This document shows, in pieces, positions 18,837-27,459 of a DNA stretch of 30,700 bases. The position numbers were made by a program, and so were the translations under genes. The stretch is from the NCBI GenBank assembly GCA_043750125.1, contig JAYVCD010000146.1, positions 1 through 30,700 of the forward strand. Direction: 5' to 3'. Under the pieces are notes generated by a model. The model did no database searches, was not told the DNA's origin, and worked only from the letters and a program-made list of their open reading frames with translations. Source of the DNA: Archangiaceae bacterium (GTDB lineage Bacteria > Myxococcota > Myxococcia > Myxococcales > Myxococcaceae). Every line of letters starts with the position of its first letter. Position 1 is the first letter of the stretch.

Positions 18837-20030
18837 GTGCGCCCCTCTCTCGCCTTCGCTGCGCTGGCCCTGACGCTGGTCTCGACTGAAGGCCAGGCGG
18901 CCACCACTCTGGCCATTTCGTACTTCGACAACGACACCGGGCAAGCCGAGCTCGGACCCTTGTCGAAGGGGCTGGCGGACATGCTGATCACCGACCTGCT
19001 CAACGTCACCTCGATCAAGATCGTCGAGCGCGCGCGGCTGCAGTCGGTGCTCGACGAGCTCAAGCTCTCGCAGTCGAAGTTCATCGACCCCAAGACCGCC
19101 CAGAAGCTGGGGAAGGGAGTCGCCGCTCAATTCATTCTCACCGGCAGCTACCACCTCACCGGTGACGCTTTTCGAATCGACGCGCGAATCATCAAGGTCG
19201 ACAGCGGCGCCATCGTGGGGGCCAACAAGGTCGAGGGGAAACGCGACGAGTTCTTCGCGATGGAAAAGGAGCTCGTCGACCTGCTCGTCGGGACCTTGAA
19301 TCTCAAGCTCAGCTTCTCGGAGAAAGGAAAGCTGCGCAGCAACCAGACCGAGTCGTTCGATGCGTGGTCGAAGTACAGCGCGGGCCTCGACGCGACCGAT
19401 CGCGGCGACGGGCAAAAAGCCCAGGCGATGTTCCTCGAGGCGCTGAAGGCCGACCCCAACTACCGCGCGGCGAAGAACGCGAGCCAGCGGCTGATGGCGC
19501 TCTTCCAGAACCTCGACGACGCCCAGGTCAAAGGGTGGGACGCCCAATTCAAGGCGCTGGATCCAAAAGCGAAAGACTTCGCTCAACAGGTCGAGAAGCT
19601 GCTGATCGACTCGGACACCACCCGCGACGAAGGAATGAAACAAAAGCTCGCGCTGCTCAACTGGTTGCTCGAGCGAGATCTCACCCCGACCACGATTCCG
19701 GAATTGAACCGGGTCGCGCTGGACGCGATCGTCCTCTCGGGACGCTTCGTCGATTATCCCGCCGCCTGGGATTTCGTGATCGGCACCTGCGACTACTTCG
19801 CCCGCCGGATGCCGAAGGACATGTCCGTCATCGGCAGCTGTCGTCGGGACCTCAAGTCGATCACTTCCGCGCGAAATGATCCGGCCCGAACCGAGCGAAT
19901 GACCCAGGCCTGGCTCGAAGAAGAGGCCCGGTACGTGAAGCTCGAAGCCGACAATTGGATGGGAGTGCTCGCGCGCAATCACCAGCCGATCTTCAAGCTG
20001 CTCAAGGGCTATTCCGCGAAGGCGAAATAG
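18837..20030 (+). CDS. Secreted CsgG/HfaB (TolB-N-like) domain protein with a TPR/helical C-terminus
   Basis: Signal peptide from GTG 18837 (GAGG upstream); 'LAISYFDN...GLADMLITDL...IVERARLQSVLDELKL...TAQKLGK...ILTGS'; TPR-like 'AMFLEALKADPNYRAA'. Confidence 0.78.
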   Translation: MRPSLAFAALALTLVSTEGQAATTLAISYFDNDTGQAELGPLSKGLADMLITDLLNVTSIKIVERARLQSVLDELKLSQSKFIDPKTAQKLGKGVAAQFILTGSYHLTGDAFRIDARIIKVDSGAIVGANKVEGKRDEFFAMEKELVDLLVGTLNLKLSFSEKGKLRSNQTESFDAWSKYSAGLDATDRGDGQKAQAMFLEALKADPNYRAAKNASQRLMALFQNLDDAQVKGWDAQFKALDPKAKDFAQQVEKLLIDSDTTRDEGMKQKLALLNWLLERDLTPTTIPELNRVALDAIVLSGRFVDYPAAWDFVIGTCDYFARRMPKDMSVIGSCRRDLKSITSARNDPARTERMTQAWLEEEARYVKLEADNWMGVLARNHQPIFKLLKGYSAKAK

Positions 20031-20046
20031 CAGGGCCCCCCAGAGC

Positions 20047-20259
20047 TCAGAGCGGGACGGGCACCGGGGTCAGGTCTTTCGGCAGCGGGCGACGCGGCGG
20101 CGGCGGGGGCTGAAGCTCCACCGGCGGGGGCGGCTGATTTGCGGATTTTCGCCCGTAGTTCAGGGCTCCGACGCTCGGGTCGATTACCGCGGTTTTTTGT
20201 TCGGTCGCAAGGTGCGCCTCGATCTTTCGCGCTGAGATGGTTGGGGCGCACTGAACCAA
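20047..20259 (-). other. Small Pro-rich ORF or 5'-truncated gene remnant at the island border
   Basis: GC3-rich, protein-like frame ...KIEAHLATEQKTAVIDPSVGALNYG...PPPPVELQPPPPPRRPLPKDLTPVPVPL* with no convincing start or RBS (nearest is TTG 20259). Confidence 0.35.
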
Positions 20260-20303
20260 GGCGCTGTCGAAACCAGCGACCGGATCTGAAGTAGAAGAGG
20301 CCG

Positions 20304-21302
20304 GTGGAGGCGACTGAGCCAGAACGGCGTGTGGACCTGCTGCGAGAAGTGGTGAGCCACGTCCGAACGCAAAATCGGCTGCCAGAGGTGCAGCCCTTTC
20401 GGCATCGTCATATTGCCCATCGGAAGGTAATCGACGAACTGATCGACCAAGGATTTTTGAGGGCCGAAGGCGCATCCTACCGTCCGACGCTCGCTGCACT
20501 TTGGGAGTGCTCGTTTCCCGACGCGACCGCCGAGATCGAAGTGTGCAATCGGCTCCTTCCCGCGCTTCGTGAACTCTACTTGAAGCACACCGGCAAGCAG
20601 TTGACGGTTGAGGACATCGCGGCTTCTGCGTCGATGCCGGTGGTGGATGTGAGCCGTGCGTTGCTCTACCTGCGTGAAACGTCGATCTGCAACGGCTCGC
20701 AGATCGAACAGTTCTCCGGCTTGCCTCGCGCCATCAATCTTCACGAGAGAGTCTTCGACGTTGAACAAATCTCGATGACCCGCCCGCAGGAAAAGGCGGA
20801 GGGGCCCCCGGTGGCGTTCATCCCGCATCGACTTTCATTGCAACCGTCGCCACCTCCCACCCCAGAGCCCGAGGTGCAAGCCGCACTTGAAGCGATTGCT
20901 CCGGCTTTGGCCGCGTCGTACCGGCAGGCGCTGCGCGATCTGGACGATGAGCGCCGGGAGTCCTTCGTCGGGGTGGCGACCGAGATGCGCGAGGTGTTGA
21001 CCAAGGTGCTGCACTCCCTCGCTCCCGACGACCAGGTTCGAGCCCAGCAGGGCTGGAAGCCGGAGGGGAACGACGACCGACCAACCCGAAGACAACGCGC
21101 CGCGTTCATCTTGCGGACCAAGTCGGAGGCGACAAGCAGGACCGTTCGACAAGCCATCGACCAACTCGACGGTGGCCTGGATCACCTCACTACGCGGCTC
21201 TACGACCGTGCCAGCAAGTCGACCCACGGAAGCGCCGACAGCAAAGAACTCGTCACCCTTGGTGGATACTGGCGCTCGCTGCTCAGAGACCTCCTGCTTT
21301 GA
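20304..21302 (+). CDS. Winged-HTH plus HEPN-like (pPIWI-associating nuclease, pP_pnuc_1-like) protein
   Basis: HTH-like 'LTVEDIAASASMPVVDVSRALLYL', a Pro linker, then 'SYRQALRDL...EMREVLTKVLHSLAPDDQV...PTRRQR..FIL' and a terminal R-x5-H (RASKSTH). Confidence 0.62.
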   Translation: MEATEPERRVDLLREVVSHVRTQNRLPEVQPFRHRHIAHRKVIDELIDQGFLRAEGASYRPTLAALWECSFPDATAEIEVCNRLLPALRELYLKHTGKQLTVEDIAASASMPVVDVSRALLYLRETSICNGSQIEQFSGLPRAINLHERVFDVEQISMTRPQEKAEGPPVAFIPHRLSLQPSPPPTPEPEVQAALEAIAPALAASYRQALRDLDDERRESFVGVATEMREVLTKVLHSLAPDDQVRAQQGWKPEGNDDRPTRRQRAAFILRTKSEATSRTVRQAIDQLDGGLDHLTTRLYDRASKSTHGSADSKELVTLGGYWRSLLRDLLL

Positions 21303-21327
21303 GCAGGATCGCAGATGGCGGCACGCC

Positions 21328-21804
21328 CTACGAGAAGACCCACTTCTCCTTCCTGATTAGTTCGAGAAACCCGATGCAGGGAATCTCCTCTGCTCGACAG
21401 ACGTCTTGGATTTTCGGCTTCTTCATGCTGCCCGAGAATCCTTCCTTGGTGACCACGGTCGCGTTTCGTACCGAGGCCAGCGCGATCACGAAGGGGTCTG
21501 CGCCGCTTCTGCCGGGCTTGTGCTCAAGCAGCCTTCGATAGGCGTTGGTGATCCGCTTGCCCTCGATGAGCAGCGTCGCATCAAGCTCAATGACTCCGGC
21601 CGAGTGATCCTTGACCCACTCACAGAGGCCGTCGTCCTTCCCCGCCTTCTTCTCCAGTTCCAGCAAGACGTCCTTGGGGGTGATCAACCTGCCGGCCTTC
21701 ACGAGTGCTGGCAGGTAGTCGCTCCACAATTTTGGCGTGACGTCCTTCGGATAGTTCTCCACCCAGGCCGCGATGAAGGCGCTCGTATCAAGGCAGTAGG
21801 TCAC
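21328..21804 (-). CDS. DUF4411 family PIN-like domain protein (putative toxin)
   Basis: YCLDTSAFI, VLLELEK, ADPFVIALA, VVTKE and KIQDVC; start overlaps the stop of the upstream peptidase gene. Confidence 0.85.
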   Translation of the reverse strand: MTYCLDTSAFIAAWVENYPKDVTPKLWSDYLPALVKAGRLITPKDVLLELEKKAGKDDGLCEWVKDHSAGVIELDATLLIEGKRITNAYRRLLEHKPGRSGADPFVIALASVRNATVVTKEGFSGSMKKPKIQDVCRAEEIPCIGFLELIRKEKWVFS

Positions 21805-22973
21805 GTTTCTGCCCCTGCCTCGTACTCGCCCTTCATCACGCGGTTTTCGATGTCGTGGAGGTACTTCACCCGAACGTCGAGATAGTCGGCGACGTCGCTC
21901 AGAGTGATCTTCTGCTGTCGATACGCGGCGACCACCGTTCGCACGAACGGGATTCCGAGCCTTGAAACGACCTTGACGTCTTGTGGGACGGGTCCGCCCT
22001 CGGACTTGCGAACGGGCGTCCGCCGAACAAGTTCGCGGTGAAGAGATTGGTACTCCTTCCTCGACAGGTGTCGCGCCGCCAAGAGTCGTCGGAGAATCAC
22101 CTGCTGGCTCACTTTGAAGCGATTGGCCTCAGCCCTGAGGGTGTTCCAGTCAAACCGATCGGGACTGCGCTCGTCAGAGGACCAAGCAAGCGACGACAGC
22201 GGGACGAGCAGCGCGCCCGCAAACTCGTTGCACCAAACCTCTTCCGCAGCGTGCGGATCGTTGAGCACATCGTCCGAATCACGGGTCGCCTCGCTTCGAA
22301 GTAACAGGTGACCGAGTTCGTGCGCGAGCGTGAAAATGCGACCACGTACCGCATCGCCGGAGTTGAGCAAGACGATCGGGTACACACTGTGGAAGACCGA
22401 CAGCCCCCGCATTTCTTGAACGTCGATGCTGGCCGCTTGGAACGTGAGTACGCCAAGTTCTTCAACCGCGTGACGCCACGCTCGAAAGGCTTGGTAGTCG
22501 TCTTTCCAGCGCTGCTGAGACGCCAGTGTGATGCCCAGTACCGAACGAATTCTGTTCCCGATTTCGGTCGGGCTGTCCGCTTGGGACGCCTTCTCGCGAA
22601 ACGATTCAGGCTCGTCCCCCACTTCAGGTGCAAGGGCCAACGCGATCTCACGACGTTGCAGCGCCTGGCGCAGTTGGAGCGCGAGCTGAAATGACAGCGC
22701 GAGGTCGTCGCTTTCTGGCAGGCGTCGAAACGCCTTCATGACCGTGAAGTCCTTTGGAACATCATCGAGCAGGAAGAATGCGAGCGGGCGCTTGTAGAGG
22801 TCGGCCAGATGGCGAAGTTGTGAGACGGTCGGTTGCTCCGTGCCCGCTTCCCACGCCTGTAGACGAGCGACGTCTACGCCAGCTTTTTTGGCGGCTTGCT
22901 CCTCGTCCGCACAGGCTCGTTTCCGAGCCCAGAGGAGCGTGGCGGGGTTGATGGGTACTTCGGGCGTGGGCAT
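21801..22973 (-). CDS. XRE-HTH plus ImmA/IrrE (peptidase M78, COG2856) metallo-endopeptidase
   Basis: N-terminal HTH 'LLWARKR...LQAWEAGTEQPTVSQLRHLADLYKRP'; RIFTLAHELGH (HExxH); EVWCNEFAGALLVP; FKVSQQVILRRL. Confidence 0.92.
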   Translation of the reverse strand: MPTPEVPINPATLLWARKRACADEEQAAKKAGVDVARLQAWEAGTEQPTVSQLRHLADLYKRPLAFFLLDDVPKDFTVMKAFRRLPESDDLALSFQLALQLRQALQRREIALALAPEVGDEPESFREKASQADSPTEIGNRIRSVLGITLASQQRWKDDYQAFRAWRHAVEELGVLTFQAASIDVQEMRGLSVFHSVYPIVLLNSGDAVRGRIFTLAHELGHLLLRSEATRDSDDVLNDPHAAEEVWCNEFAGALLVPLSSLAWSSDERSPDRFDWNTLRAEANRFKVSQQVILRRLLAARHLSRKEYQSLHRELVRRTPVRKSEGGPVPQDVKVVSRLGIPFVRTVVAAYRQQKITLSDVADYLDVRVKYLHDIENRVMKGEYEAGAET

Positions 22974-23080
22974 TGGTTCCTCGGGTCAGCCTATTCGCAG
23001 GGGCTGACGCTTCCGGACCTCCTGTCCAGGCGGCAGTATTTGCTGACGTTCCCCGGTGCCAGCGAAAGGAAATGGCAGAA

Positions 23081-26000
23081 TCACGCTGCCTTCCCGTGAC
23101 GCTCGTACACGTGCTGGAAGACGACCCCCGCTTTCACTTTGTAGACGTCCGGGGTGTAGGCCCGAGGTAGCCCTTCGTCGAGCGCCTCCTCGATGGTGTC
23201 GCGCACCCGGGCGCGCGCCTGCGCCGTCTTCTGCCAGTCCACCGTGACCATCGACTGCAACTTCGCCAGGAGCTTGCGGGCGACCTTCTTCACCTCGTCG
23301 CGCTCAGCCGGAGAAAGTTCGGGGCCGGGCCGCGTGAGCAGGTCGAACACCACCAACTCCTCTTCGGAGAGCTGCTCCCTGACGTGGCGCGCTTCCTCGT
23401 CGGTCAGCGTACGGCTCAGCGTCAGCAGTTCCTGGAAGATCTGCTCAATTTGCGTGCTGCCCGAGTTGTAGACCTCGATGAGCGCCTCGAACTTCTCGCG
23501 GAGGTCCACCCTCGTTTCGTTCACCGAGATGAGGCGATCGAGTTGCGCGCGAATGGCGGCCTTGAGACGTTCAAGGTCCAGGTTCTTCGTCTCAGACGCC
23601 TTGAAACGCGCCGCCAATGCTTTGAAGTCGATGCGCGAAAGATCGATGGGCGGAGGTCCGTCTCGGGAAATTCGCGCGCCCTCAATGGAGCGATCGAGCA
23701 CAACGCCGATTCCTTGAAGGACGGCAGCGAGGTCCGTCTTCTCAGGCGCGGTCTCGGCGCGAATCTTGTCCGAGAGGGCGGTCACGGTCGACATGCGCGT
23801 GACGAACTCGACGGCCGACCTATGCGGCTTAACCGCAGCGAACAGGCGCTCGGCGAGCCGCGCCTGCGCCAGGAATTCCTTCCGCCTGACGTCTGCCGCC
23901 AGGAGAACGTTCACAGCCCTCTCTACGAGAGTCAGCCGTTCGAGTGCGGCATGCGCAGCCTCGATCGCCGTCAGGCTGACGCCGACGCCAGCGCAGAACT
24001 GGTCAAGGGCGGTCAGCGTGACGCGCAACTCGCCCACCAACTCGTCCTTTGCTCGTACCGGCGTCTTGGTGCTTCCTGCCGTGCCGTAGATCGCGAGCGC
24101 TCGCTCAAGCGATGCGAACACGTTGGCGTAGTCGACGATGACCCCGCTGTGCTTCCCCGGGTAGACGCGATTGGCACGCGCGATGGTCTGCATCAGCGTG
24201 TGGTTCCGCATCGGCTTGTCGATGTAGACGGTCGAGCAGTTGGGCGCGTCAAAGCCCGTCAGCCACATCGCGCAGACGAAGACCAGGGAGAGCTGGTCCT
24301 CGGGGTCCTTGAATTTCTCATCAAGAGGCGGCTGCGACTCCCTCATCCGCGTGCGGTGGGGGACCATGTCCAGCCCGAGGCGCTTCATGTCCTCAATCTC
24401 GTTCTGGCCGGGAGAAACGATGACCGCCATGTCCACGGCTTCCAAACGGAGAAGCCGCTCGACCAGCGGAGCACGCTCGGCGTCGGTCAGCTCGTAGTTA
24501 CCGAGAGCATCGCGCACCCGCATCGTTTCCGCGTCCCACCGGCGTTTAACCTTCGACCAAGTTCGGAGCGCAGTGGCCTTGTCGATGGACACCACCATCG
24601 CCTTTCCCTGAAAGCCTCGGCCGAGGTAGTGCTGGACGATGTCGTCGGCGACGGTGTCGAGCCGGTCGTCGCGCGTGATGAGGTGGTACTGCTGCCCCAG
24701 CAGGGTCTGAAGCCGACCCTCGGTCGCATCGTCCAACGCCGCCTCGTCGATGACGTCGTAGATGTCGTCGCTGAGGTCGGGGTTGGTGAGGCGCAGTTCG
24801 GGTGTTCGGTTCTCGTAGAAGAGGGGAACCGTCGCGCCATCCTCGATGGACTGCTGGAAGTCGTAGACGCTGACATAGTCGCCGAACACCTCGCGAGTGC
24901 GCTCCTCACCCGCGATGAGCGGCGTTCCGGTGAACGCAACGAAAAGCGCGTTCGGCAGCGCCGCGCGCATGTTCATCGCGAGAGTGTCGTACTGGGACCG
25001 GTGCGCCTCGTCGACGATTACGATGACATCGCGCCGGTCACAGAGCGCTTCGCTCGTCTGGAACTTATGGATGAGCGTGAAGACGTAGCGGTGGTTCTCC
25101 TTCAGGAGCTTTCGCAGGTCCGCGCCGCTCGTCGCGTGGCAAACCTTTGTGTCTTGAACCGCGCCACAAGCAGCGAAGGTCTTCGCGATCTGGTCATCGA
25201 GTTCGACACGATCGGTAACGACCACGAATGTCCAGTCGCCGGGGACGGTGCGCAGGATTTTCTGCGCGTAGAACACCATCGCGAAGCTCTTGCCGCTGCC
25301 CTGCGTCTGCCAGAAAACGCCCGCGCGGCCGTGCCCAGCCTCTCGTGCTGCGAGCGTCGCGCCGATGGCGTTGTTCACGCCGAGGACTTGATGATTCTGC
25401 CCCAGAATTTTCGCGAGCCCCGTCTTGTGCTCGGAGAACAGTGTGAAGCTCGCGACGATGTCGAGCAACCGCACCTTGTCGCAGGTTCCGCGTAGAAGAA
25501 CTTCCAGGGAAACCTTGCGTGGCTCGTCTTCGCGCTCGATGCGTTTCCACTCGAAGAACCGGCCCCAGTCAGCGGTCAGCGAGCCGACGCGACTGTCGGT
25601 GCCGTTCGAGGCAACGAGCATCGCGTTGTAGGCGAAGAGCTGCGGCACGCCGTTGAGCTGGTGCTGATAGCTGGTGAGGTTCTCGTCGAACGCCTGCCGT
25701 GCCCCAACGTCCGGTCGCTTCAGTTCGATGACGACTAAGGGCAGGCCGTTCACGAAGAGGACGACATCGGGGATGCACTTGTAGAGCGGCCCCTGGAATG
25801 ACACCTGCTGGACCGCGAGGAAGTCGTTCTGCTCGGGGTGCTCCCAGTCGATGACGCGCAGCGTGTGGGGCTCGTCCTTGCCGGTGCGCCCGTCCTTGAC
25901 CGACACCTTCACCCCGGCGGTCAGGACGCGGTGCACCTCTCGGTTCGCCGCCGCTGGGCCCATGGCGACCCGGTCGCGGAGCAGTTCATCTACGGCCAAG

Positions 26001-26215
26001 TCGATGGCCGTTGCCTGGACCCCGGGGTTGAGCCTCAGCAGGGCAGCGCGCAGACGAGGTGCGAGCACGACCTCGCGCGCTGACTCGCGTCCCAGCGTCC
26101 CGACTGTGCCGAACGTTTCCTCGTCCGCCGAAACAGTGGTCCAGTTGAGCGCGGCTAGGACCTCCATCGCTGCTTTCTCGACCAGTGCGCTCTCGGAGTA
26201 GGCGTGAGCGGTCAC
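23081..26215 (-). CDS. hsdR: Type I restriction endonuclease subunit R
   Basis: PDVVLFVNGLPLVVIELK nuclease motif, QTQGSGKS Walker A, DEAH, FTGTP, MWLTGFDAP and QTIARANR. Confidence 0.96.
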   Translation of the reverse strand: MTAHAYSESALVEKAAMEVLAALNWTTVSADEETFGTVGTLGRESAREVVLAPRLRAALLRLNPGVQATAIDLAVDELLRDRVAMGPAAANREVHRVLTAGVKVSVKDGRTGKDEPHTLRVIDWEHPEQNDFLAVQQVSFQGPLYKCIPDVVLFVNGLPLVVIELKRPDVGARQAFDENLTSYQHQLNGVPQLFAYNAMLVASNGTDSRVGSLTADWGRFFEWKRIEREDEPRKVSLEVLLRGTCDKVRLLDIVASFTLFSEHKTGLAKILGQNHQVLGVNNAIGATLAAREAGHGRAGVFWQTQGSGKSFAMVFYAQKILRTVPGDWTFVVVTDRVELDDQIAKTFAACGAVQDTKVCHATSGADLRKLLKENHRYVFTLIHKFQTSEALCDRRDVIVIVDEAHRSQYDTLAMNMRAALPNALFVAFTGTPLIAGEERTREVFGDYVSVYDFQQSIEDGATVPLFYENRTPELRLTNPDLSDDIYDVIDEAALDDATEGRLQTLLGQQYHLITRDDRLDTVADDIVQHYLGRGFQGKAMVVSIDKATALRTWSKVKRRWDAETMRVRDALGNYELTDAERAPLVERLLRLEAVDMAVIVSPGQNEIEDMKRLGLDMVPHRTRMRESQPPLDEKFKDPEDQLSLVFVCAMWLTGFDAPNCSTVYIDKPMRNHTLMQTIARANRVYPGKHSGVIVDYANVFASLERALAIYGTAGSTKTPVRAKDELVGELRVTLTALDQFCAGVGVSLTAIEAAHAALERLTLVERAVNVLLAADVRRKEFLAQARLAERLFAAVKPHRSAVEFVTRMSTVTALSDKIRAETAPEKTDLAAVLQGIGVVLDRSIEGARISRDGPPPIDLSRIDFKALAARFKASETKNLDLERLKAAIRAQLDRLISVNETRVDLREKFEALIEVYNSGSTQIEQIFQELLTLSRTLTDEEARHVREQLSEEELVVFDLLTRPGPELSPAERDEVKKVARKLLAKLQSMVTVDWQKTAQARARVRDTIEEALDEGLPRAYTPDVYKVKAGVVFQHVYERHGKAA

Positions 26216-27459
26216 GCAGCTTCCTCGACGGGGAGTTGGCCGGAGAGAAGGCGAGGAAGAAGCAGGTCACGTGTACTCCGCAACAGTCTCGCTCGACGCT
26301 GCAAATTGAGGATCGCCTCTGAGGTGGCGCGGGCAGCATCCTCGAATTGCGCAGACAAGTCGGATGGTGGCACGGCCAATTCGATTCCGCGAAAGACGCC
26401 GCGACTGATCTCTTTGAACGTCGCACCGGTTGCCAGGCGCTCAAAAAGAGGGACGCTCTCGCGCACCCAGTGAAAGAGCAGGTGAACTGGCATTCGCGCG
26501 CTGGGGATGCACGTAATGAATCCTTGGTTCGTGCATGCCGGCTGCGTGTTGATCGCAATCGCGCCAATGGTCGCTCGACTCGTCAGCATCACCGCCCCTG
26601 GCATGAACAGCTTCGCCGAGCTCTCGGCTAGTCCGCGCTCGGTGATTCGCTCCGAGGAGTCATCCATGAACATCGTCTTCGCACCAGTGATGTCGCTTGG
26701 CGCGAACCACTGGGTCGTGCCGTCTATCCAGTAGACCGAGTTCTTCCGCGAGGGCGTCCCGCCACCCAGAGTCTCGAACACATCGGCAACGGGCAAGACA
26801 TCCCAACCCTTTGGGATCTTCCCCAGCGCCGACTCGACGAGCGGTACTTTCTCGTGGCCGGGGTAGCGAAACCACACGAACCACTCGCGGTAGAGGGCGC
26901 GCGCCATCTCGTCGAGGAGCCGGATGCGTCGCTCGCAGTTGTCGATGAGGTCGTCGTAGCTGGAAAGGATGCCCGCAACGCGGCGTTGCACTGGGAGTGG
27001 CGGGACGAGGACCTTCACTGCCGCAATGCGCTTCGGTGCCGTGTGACGCACCTTGGTGCCACTCGCGGATGCCCTAATCTGTTGGCGAACAAGGGGCGTG
27101 TTGAAGAGGTGGTAGGCGAAATCGAGGTCCACGCCTTCGCGAACACTGATCAGCCCCAGTCGCTGGTTGTGAAGGTAGAGGTCATTGCTGGGCACTTTCG
27201 CCGACGAGCCAAGTAGACCTTCAGCCTGCTCTGTCATCGCGACGAGCACGTCGCCTCGGCTGAGCACGTACTCGGACGGAATTGGCCCCGTGTACCACTT
27301 CTCCTTGTCACCCTTTGCGCGGAACCCGCCGCCCTCAGAGAAGTTGCCGGGAGTGAGCACGACGTGCGTCCCTTGGCTGGCGAAGTACTCGCCAAGAAAC
27401 GCGAACCCGTGCCTGACCTCTAGCAGGTCGCCCAGAGTGCACGTGCGCCATTGGTTCAT
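26212..27459 (-). CDS. hsdS: Type I restriction-modification specificity subunit S
   Basis: Two TRDs separated by conserved regions (PPLPVQRRVAGILSSYDDLID..., IPKGW, ...TRDLLLPRLLSG); overlaps both the hsdM stop and the hsdR start. Confidence 0.95.
   Translation of the reverse strand: MNQWRTCTLGDLLEVRHGFAFLGEYFASQGTHVVLTPGNFSEGGGFRAKGDKEKWYTGPIPSEYVLSRGDVLVAMTEQAEGLLGSSAKVPSNDLYLHNQRLGLISVREGVDLDFAYHLFNTPLVRQQIRASASGTKVRHTAPKRIAAVKVLVPPLPVQRRVAGILSSYDDLIDNCERRIRLLDEMARALYREWFVWFRYPGHEKVPLVESALGKIPKGWDVLPVADVFETLGGGTPSRKNSVYWIDGTTQWFAPSDITGAKTMFMDDSSERITERGLAESSAKLFMPGAVMLTSRATIGAIAINTQPACTNQGFITCIPSARMPVHLLFHWVRESVPLFERLATGATFKEISRGVFRGIELAVPPSDLSAQFEDAARATSEAILNLQRRARLLRSTRDLLLPRLLSGQLPVEEAA

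Noticed and set aside
18837..20030. Curli secretion system
   Set aside because: Only a CsgG-like domain fused to TPR/helical sequence; no csgA/B/E/F-like genes are present.
20030..20300. tRNA or att site at the island border
   Set aside because: No cloverleaf, T-loop motif or recognisable direct repeat was seen.
23384..25495. 703-aa plus-strand ORF
   Set aside because: Antisense shadow of hsdR.
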